Below are positions 34,601-40,177 of a stretch of DNA of 40,177 bases, piece by piece; position 1 is the stretch's first letter, and each line of letters starts with the position of its first letter. Under the pieces are notes generated by a model, which saw nothing but the letters and a program-made list of their open reading frames with translations, ran no database searches and was not told the origin of the DNA. This stretch comes from Hormoscilla sp. (lineage in GTDB: Bacteria; Cyanobacteriota; Cyanobacteriia; Cyanobacteriales; Desertifilaceae), in the NCBI GenBank assembly GCA_051439505.1, contig JBFRWI010000044.1, positions 1 to 40,177 of the forward strand, written 5' to 3'. Both the position numbers and the translations under genes were made by a program.

Positions 34601-36238
34601 TCAGACAATAATAAAATTAGCGGCTGTCAGGTCGGTATTAGCAAAAATTTTGATCTGGTTTCCAGGGCTGAGGGTGACGACTGCAAACCGCCCTCCGCCA
34701 ATAATATTACCTTGTGTCGTAATTGCTTCTATGGCCTCTTCTCCGGTAGTAAAACCTAGCTCACCTGCTAGGGCGATCGCATCTTCAGCGCTATTAAAGT
34801 CATTAATACTGTCTGCGCCATTGTTGGCAGCAAAGAAAAATGTATCTATTCCCTCCCCACCGATGAGGATGTCATCGCCGAGACCACCATTGAGAGTATC
34901 GTTACCTTCTTCGCCAAAGATCAGATCGTTACCCTCCCCACCATTGAGCAGATCGTCCCCCCGATCGCCTTGAATTTGGTCGTTGCCAGCTAAACCGTCG
35001 ATCGTATCGGCTATAATGCTGCCGAAGATGGTAACGTCATCTCCGGGAGTGGCGATCGGGGGCGTTTCCCCTTGGGTTGTAAAGCCCGATATTTCATAGC
35101 CAATATCCGCCAACAGGGCCAAGTCAACCTGAGTTGGTAATTTGCGCGTTCCCGTAGTGCTTGTGGGGTCCATCAGCACGGTATTATTCTCAAACCCCTC
35201 TTGGACGTGAAATAAATCACTTTCTAGAGGAATGGGATCGCCTCCATTAACAGCTAAAGCATTAAAACCATCAAAAGCTGCTCCCGCAGCTATTTCTCGG
35301 AAAATATCAGCAGTGCCAATGCCCAAAATATGTCCGATCTCGTGCAAAGCGGTAGTAATAAAGTCGCTTTGTCCGAAAGGAATGTCATCATCTGTATCGG
35401 GGGTGGGGTCGAAAAACCAATTCGCATCGGTATCGAAGGTTATACTTCCCACCCAAGGTTCAAAATTGCTGCCTTCGAGTCTGTTGGAGAAAATACTCCC
35501 GGCAGCATTCACGCCATCCGGTCCCGCTTGGGCTAGAGTATTGCCAGGGAGCGATCGGGCCCCGACAAAGATCAGCAGATCGTCAATTTCCGCATCCAAG
35601 ACCAGCATTTCCGTCTCCTCTGTGGTGGGATTTTCCACCGCAAAGGAGATTTCCGCTGGCACGTTGGTAAAATCATCTTGGATAAAACTCTCCCAGATCT
35701 GGGCTACCGCTGCTAATGCCGCCCGGCGATCGGGGTCATCGAAAAATCCCGTGCTATCAAACCGATAGTCTAATTCTATGTTAAAGCCGCTACTCTCCGA
35801 TTGTTCCAGAAAAGATGCGATCGCCTCTCCCGTCGTCCGGGTAGCATTTGGGCCGATCGCGCCATCAACCAGAGCATCATCTCTAATTCCAAACAGATAA
35901 CGGATAATTAGGATACCGTCCGTCAGGGCATCTGCCAACCCATTGCCATCCACATCCAGCAAGCTATCCCGCAACCCATCCAAGTGTGCTACAATATCAG
36001 TTGCATCACGGATAGCACTATCACCGATCGCATTTTCCGTCAGGGCATCACCTGCGATCCCAAACAGATAGCGAATAATTAGGATGCCGTCTGTTAAGGC
36101 ATCTACTATTCCATTTTGGTCTATGTCCAAATTACTGCTCTCGCCCGCAGTATTATTAACCGCCAGCGTCCGACCCCTCACTGGAGATCTTGAGGGGGTT
36201 TTGAGGATATCTAAATGAGTATATGGACTTCTTTCCAT
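34601..36238 (-). CDS. Dockerin-like repeat + zinc metalloprotease + RTX repeat protein
   Basis: Two LD(I/V)DxNGxxDALTDGILIIRYLFG repeats; HEIGHILGIG...FHVQE...LMDP; GGxGxD repeats. Confidence 0.88.
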   Translation of the reverse strand: MERSPYTHLDILKTPSRSPVRGRTLAVNNTAGESSNLDIDQNGIVDALTDGILIIRYLFGIAGDALTENAIGDSAIRDATDIVAHLDGLRDSLLDVDGNGLADALTDGILIIRYLFGIRDDALVDGAIGPNATRTTGEAIASFLEQSESSGFNIELDYRFDSTGFFDDPDRRAALAAVAQIWESFIQDDFTNVPAEISFAVENPTTEETEMLVLDAEIDDLLIFVGARSLPGNTLAQAGPDGVNAAGSIFSNRLEGSNFEPWVGSITFDTDANWFFDPTPDTDDDIPFGQSDFITTALHEIGHILGIGTADIFREIAAGAAFDGFNALAVNGGDPIPLESDLFHVQEGFENNTVLMDPTSTTGTRKLPTQVDLALLADIGYEISGFTTQGETPPIATPGDDVTIFGSIIADTIDGLAGNDQIQGDRGDDLLNGGEGNDLIFGEEGNDTLNGGLGDDILIGGEGIDTFFFAANNGADSINDFNSAEDAIALAGELGFTTGEEAIEAITTQGNIIGGGRFAVVTLSPGNQIKIFANTDLTAANFIIV

Positions 36239-36414
36239 CTAGTCTGCGATCGGGGACCTTATTTAGAGATTCACCTGCATCCCTCCCTTTTTCGCAAACC
36301 ATCAAACTTACTTTTGTCTCGATCTTTCCTTATTTGCGAATTGACGATGACGAAGGAATAATCATTCAATATATTGAGCAAATTAGCTCGCAAACTCCTG
36401 ATATATTGCTTATT

Positions 36415-36593
36415 TATTGCGTTTCTCAAATTGATGTGGTATATTTTATATCGCATATTTGTCATTGCGAGGGGGGATAACCGCGATCAACTTATGCTTT
36501 CATAGAGTTAACCCCCCGCTAGCGCAGCGGCCCGACGTAGGAGGGCTAGCAATCTCACCAACCGCATATCACATTAATCTGAGAACTGCTATA
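36415..36593. mobile_element. TA-ended MITE (179 bp) with nested repeat fragments
   Basis: 28-bp imperfect TIRs (22/28) TATTGCGTTTCTCAAATTGATGTGGTAT / ATATCACATTAATCTGAGAACTGCTATA; contains half of the family A core. Confidence 0.75.
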
Positions 36594-36604
36594 ATTGCCA
36601 TTCC

Positions 36605-38656
36605 TTAGACGATCGTGAAATTGGCAGCGGTCAGGGGAGTAATATTGACATCAAAGATTTGCTCGTGAAAGACATCGATCCTGTTCCCAGGACTAAGGGT
36701 GAAGGTAGAAACATTAGCAGCAGTGCGGGATAATGTAGAGAGAATTTCTGTTGTGGAAGTAAATCCCAAACTAGCTGACACCAATATTATATCATCAGAG
36801 ATATTAAAATCGCTCAAGATGTCTGCACCGCTGTTGCCACTAAAGAAAAAGCGATCTCTACCTGGACCAGCGATCATGCGATCGTCCCCCGAACCGCCAA
36901 CAAGCAAATCATCTCCCGCACCTGCACTGAGAACATCATTGCCTGCACCGCCAATGAGAGTATCCCGGTCTGCATCGCCGAACAGGGTATCATTACCCGA
37001 GTTACCATAGAGGACATTATTGCCTGCACCTGCCTGGAGAAGGTCGTCACCAGCACCGCCAGTGAGAATATCGTCACCTGCTTGACCGAAGAGAGTATCA
37101 TTCCCGGCGCCACCATTGACAACATCATCCCCTTCGTTTCCCTGAACTTGGTCGCTGTCAGCGTCGCCATTCAGGATATCGTCACCTGCTTGACCCAATA
37201 TATTATCGTTACCAGCACCGCCATTGATTACGTCATCACCTTCATTGCCTCTAATCTGGTCGTTGCCCGTCTCGCCACTAATCCTGTCTGCTAAGATCGT
37301 GCCGAAGATGGTAATGTCATCCCCAGAGGTGGCAATTGGTGGGGTGTTTCCTTGTGCTGTAAAGCCTGCAATTTCATAACCTATATCTGCTAAGAGTGCT
37401 AAGTCTATTCTGGAGGGCAAAATGCGCTCGAAGTCCGCGATCGGGTCCATAAGGACTGGTTGACCGTCAATAGTAGCACCTTCCCCGACGTGAATTAGAT
37501 CGGGTTCCAGAGGCAGAGGAACACCGCCATTGACATTAACAGTATTGGGGCCCGTAAAAGCAGCACCCGCACCAATTGCTTGGAAAATTGGGGCAGTTCC
37601 AATTCCTAAAATATGTCCGATTTCATGCAAGGCGACCGTAATAAAATCGATCTGCCCATTCGGAATATCGTCATCCGTAGCGGGCGTAGGATCGAAAAAC
37701 CAATCAAAACTCGGATTTGGATTGAATGAGAGAGTGCCGACCCAGGGTTCAAAATTAGTAACTGGTCCTGTCCCTCTGAAATTCTCGCTAATGCGGGCCT
37801 GGAAAACATCTCCAGCAGCATCAATGCCATCGAATCTTGCCAAGGCCAAAGCATTCCCCTGACCCGTCGTCCCGACAAAAATTAGGAGATCGTCAATTTC
37901 CGAGTTTAAGACAATAGTTTCCAACCTGCCTGATAAGGTCTGATTTTCCACGGTAAATTCAATCCCGGCAGGAATATTGTCAAACTCATCTTGAATCAAA
38001 TTCTCCCAAATATCTGCTGCTGCTTCTAAGGCATTCCTATGTAGAGGGTTATTGAAAAATCCCGTGCGATCGAACCGATAGTCGAATTCAATATTAAACT
38101 TTAGGTCGGTGCTATTGGAGGGCAACGGTGTCAGATTGCCAGTAAAATCCCCCGCGTCTATACTGCTACTGTCAACACCTTGCAATATTGCTAATACCTG
38201 ACGTCCATTGGCAATAATAGTATTGCCCGTGTTACCCTTGGTGCCGGGTGAGATTCTTAGTCGATCGAATGTTAAACCCCCATCGAGTCCTATCAAATCT
38301 CGACCCGGTTCAAAGTCAGTAATCAAATCTCTGCCCGCACTGAGTACAAATATATCGGAACCGGAACCGCCAGTTAAGGTATCTCGGCCTTGGTTGCCAT
38401 AGAGGAGATCATTCCCCCGATCGCCCCATACCCGATCGTCCCCATCACCTCCATGTAATATATCTCTATCTTTGCCACCATAAACCGAGTCATTCCCAGC
38501 ATCTCCATGCAGATAGTCATTACCCTCGTTCCCCAGGATCGAGTCGTCTCCTGCTTGACCCTCGACCCGGTCATTGCCAGCAAAAGTTCTAATTAGATCT
38601 CCTGCTGTCGTGCCAGTGAGAACATCAGATATATCAGTACCGTTAATATCTACCAT
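36605..38656 (-). CDS. RTX repeat + zinc metalloprotease + RTX repeat protein
   Basis: N- and C-terminal GGxGND arrays; HEIGHILGIG...IHVGE...LMDP. Start at MVDING (38656), preceded by GGGAG. Confidence 0.9.
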   Translation of the reverse strand: MVDINGTDISDVLTGTTAGDLIRTFAGNDRVEGQAGDDSILGNEGNDYLHGDAGNDSVYGGKDRDILHGGDGDDRVWGDRGNDLLYGNQGRDTLTGGSGSDIFVLSAGRDLITDFEPGRDLIGLDGGLTFDRLRISPGTKGNTGNTIIANGRQVLAILQGVDSSSIDAGDFTGNLTPLPSNSTDLKFNIEFDYRFDRTGFFNNPLHRNALEAAADIWENLIQDEFDNIPAGIEFTVENQTLSGRLETIVLNSEIDDLLIFVGTTGQGNALALARFDGIDAAGDVFQARISENFRGTGPVTNFEPWVGTLSFNPNPSFDWFFDPTPATDDDIPNGQIDFITVALHEIGHILGIGTAPIFQAIGAGAAFTGPNTVNVNGGVPLPLEPDLIHVGEGATIDGQPVLMDPIADFERILPSRIDLALLADIGYEIAGFTAQGNTPPIATSGDDITIFGTILADRISGETGNDQIRGNEGDDVINGGAGNDNILGQAGDDILNGDADSDQVQGNEGDDVVNGGAGNDTLFGQAGDDILTGGAGDDLLQAGAGNNVLYGNSGNDTLFGDADRDTLIGGAGNDVLSAGAGDDLLVGGSGDDRMIAGPGRDRFFFSGNSGADILSDFNISDDIILVSASLGFTSTTEILSTLSRTAANVSTFTLSPGNRIDVFHEQIFDVNITPLTAANFTIV

Positions 38657-38801
38657 TTTTAACTCCCTGCTCTCTAGTGCCACCATCAATGTGGTTTTTC
38701 CCTCTTAGAGAAATATCCTCATCTTCTCTCTTAGGATCGGGACGTAAATTTCATTAATTTGTTTTTTTAGCAATCAATTTTCCCTACGTTCCCATCGGAC
38801 C

Positions 38802-39020
38802 CAATACTTCTCGGTTAATAACCTGTCATTGCGAGGGGGGCTTAAATCGATATTGTAGGGATGCGTCGTGAGGATCCCCCCCCGAAGCAATCTCCCCGAC
38901 GATGCCGGACAACTATCGATCTCGGGGGGATTGCTTCGGGGGGTCAATTCATAAAGCATAAATTAATCACTACGTTTCCCCCTCGCAATGACAATAAAAA
39001 TGCTTAACCGAAAAGTATTG
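38802..39020. mobile_element. MITE family A, 219 bp, perfect 10-bp TSD
   Basis: TIRs CAATACTTCTCGGTTAA / TTAACCGAAAAGTATTG (16/17); TSD CCATCGGACC at 38792-38801 and 39021-39030. Confidence 0.95.
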
Positions 39021-39126
39021 CCATCGGACCACCCTCTCGATCGTATATTTTGATTTTATCATAGCGCCCCCAAATGAGTCATGAACGCCGAAAAACCGGG
39101 TTTGGACGATAAACCCGGTTTCTGGT

Positions 39127-39159
39127 AGGCGATCGCCCGTTTGTCAGCGATCGCCTTTA
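39127..39159. terminator. Hairpin built from two HIP1 sites just downstream of the RTX gene
   Basis: AGGCGATCGC...GCGATCGCCT stem about 20 nt past the stop; the T-run lies on the plus strand. Confidence 0.4.
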
Positions 39160-39178
39160 TCAAAGGATGGAGAGTCGC

Positions 39179-40177
39179 TTAGAATAGTCCGACTTCTACG
39201 GGAACGAAATTGCCATCGCCCATTAGCCGGTCCGGTGTCACCTCGAAAACAACGCCTAAGATGTCATTCGACGTCGTATTGATGATGGCCGTACTGTCTG
39301 CTGTGAAAGTCAGACCTTGGAATTCTATGGTAATCTCTGTTTGCTCCAGACGCAGATCGTCGGATGTTAATCCATCTGTAAGCCCAATCTTATCAATACC
39401 CACCTGGTAGGCCAAGATCACATCTGCCTGATTAACGTCAGTGGTTCCCTCGTCACTTGCCAGTACGAAGACATCGCTTCCCATACCACCTTCAAGGAAA
39501 TCTTTACCCAGTCCGCCGTATAGGGTATCGCTGTTTTCGCCCCCATTGAGAATGTCATCTCCTGGACCGCCATAGAGAACGTCATTACCCGGACCGCCAA
39601 AGAGACTGTCAGCGCCTTCACCGCCTTCTAGCAAGTCCCCACTGGGCCTGCCGATCAGCAAATCGTCCCCTCCCAGACCATCCAGGCGATCGCGAACAGG
39701 AGTACCCCGTAGAGTATCATCTCCGTCAGTTCCCAAGCGCTCAATCACATTAGGTGCTGGCGTCACCGTCGTGTCTTCGATCACCAGGTTGTTGGTTTCG
39801 TCGCTTTCCGCGATCGCATTATCCGGGTCAACCACCGCCGTGCTATTCACCACCAGGCGATCGCGCGGGCCCACAGTGGGAGCATCACCTATAATTGTCA
39901 GCTCTGCACTTTCTCCACCATCCAGGCTACCACCAGAGAAAGTAATCACATTACCAGTGAGACTGTGAGTGAAGTCACCATCATCTACAGCGGTCGGAAT
40001 GAAACTAAAGGGCAAAGCATGCTCTACTACGATATCCGTTGCTGGCCCCTCTCCGGAATTAGTCACTGTCAGAGTGTAAGTCAGGGGTTCTGCTTCCGTG
40101 ACTTGGTCTGGCATGTCAGAGATGCTAACTGTCAGATCTGGTTCGTCAACTCCGACATCTGCGATCGTAATAGTTGC
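39179..40177 (-). CDS. DUF11/CARDB-like + RTX repeat protein (partial; 5' end outside the window)
   Basis: The frame is open to the window edge (ATITIADVGVDEPDLTVSISDMPD...). LTYTLTVTNSG, VDPDNAIAESDETNN and GGxGxD repeats. Confidence 0.88.
   Translation of the reverse strand, partial: ATITIADVGVDEPDLTVSISDMPDQVTEAEPLTYTLTVTNSGEGPATDIVVEHALPFSFIPTAVDDGDFTHSLTGNVITFSGGSLDGGESAELTIIGDAPTVGPRDRLVVNSTAVVDPDNAIAESDETNNLVIEDTTVTPAPNVIERLGTDGDDTLRGTPVRDRLDGLGGDDLLIGRPSGDLLEGGEGADSLFGGPGNDVLYGGPGDDILNGGENSDTLYGGLGKDFLEGGMGSDVFVLASDEGTTDVNQADVILAYQVGIDKIGLTDGLTSDDLRLEQTEITIEFQGLTFTADSTAIINTTSNDILGVVFEVTPDRLMGDGNFVPVEVGLF

Noticed and set aside
36271..36465. 64-aa minus-strand ORF
   Set aside because: It starts inside a MITE, is AT-rich and has no recognisable motif.
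1..40177. High density of GCGATCGC as a novel repeat
   Set aside because: This is the well-known cyanobacterial HIP1 octamer.

Overview
Cyanobacterial chromosomal DNA, judged from roughly 40 HIP1 GCGATCGC sites counted by eye, heptamer STRR arrays and the gene content. Genes include YHS, MFS, DUF6464, NUDIX and DUF3750 proteins; a block of GT-C-type membrane glycosyltransferases; an EF-hand protein; a desaturase; and a four-gene light-signalling run (cph1-like phytochrome, rcp1, hybrid kinase, REC-PAS-GGDEF-EAL). Further right lie DUF2079, DUF928, a DUF62 SAM hydrolase, DUF2301, a methyltransferase plus FeeM-like acyltransferase pair, rqcH (NFACT) and four RTX-repeat proteins, two with zinc-protease domains. 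No transposase, tRNA, rRNA or CRISPR array is visible. The most striking signal is a dense set of non-autonomous palindromic elements. One ~150-bp MITE family (14-bp TIR GGGTGYGGTCAAAA, 9-bp TSD) sits in frame inside two intact genes including rqcH, a TIR-less derivative sits in frame in a third, and a 152-bp copy is intergenic. Its hairpin core is inverted relative to the arms in one copy. Other elements are nested inside one another or supply stop codons to host genes.
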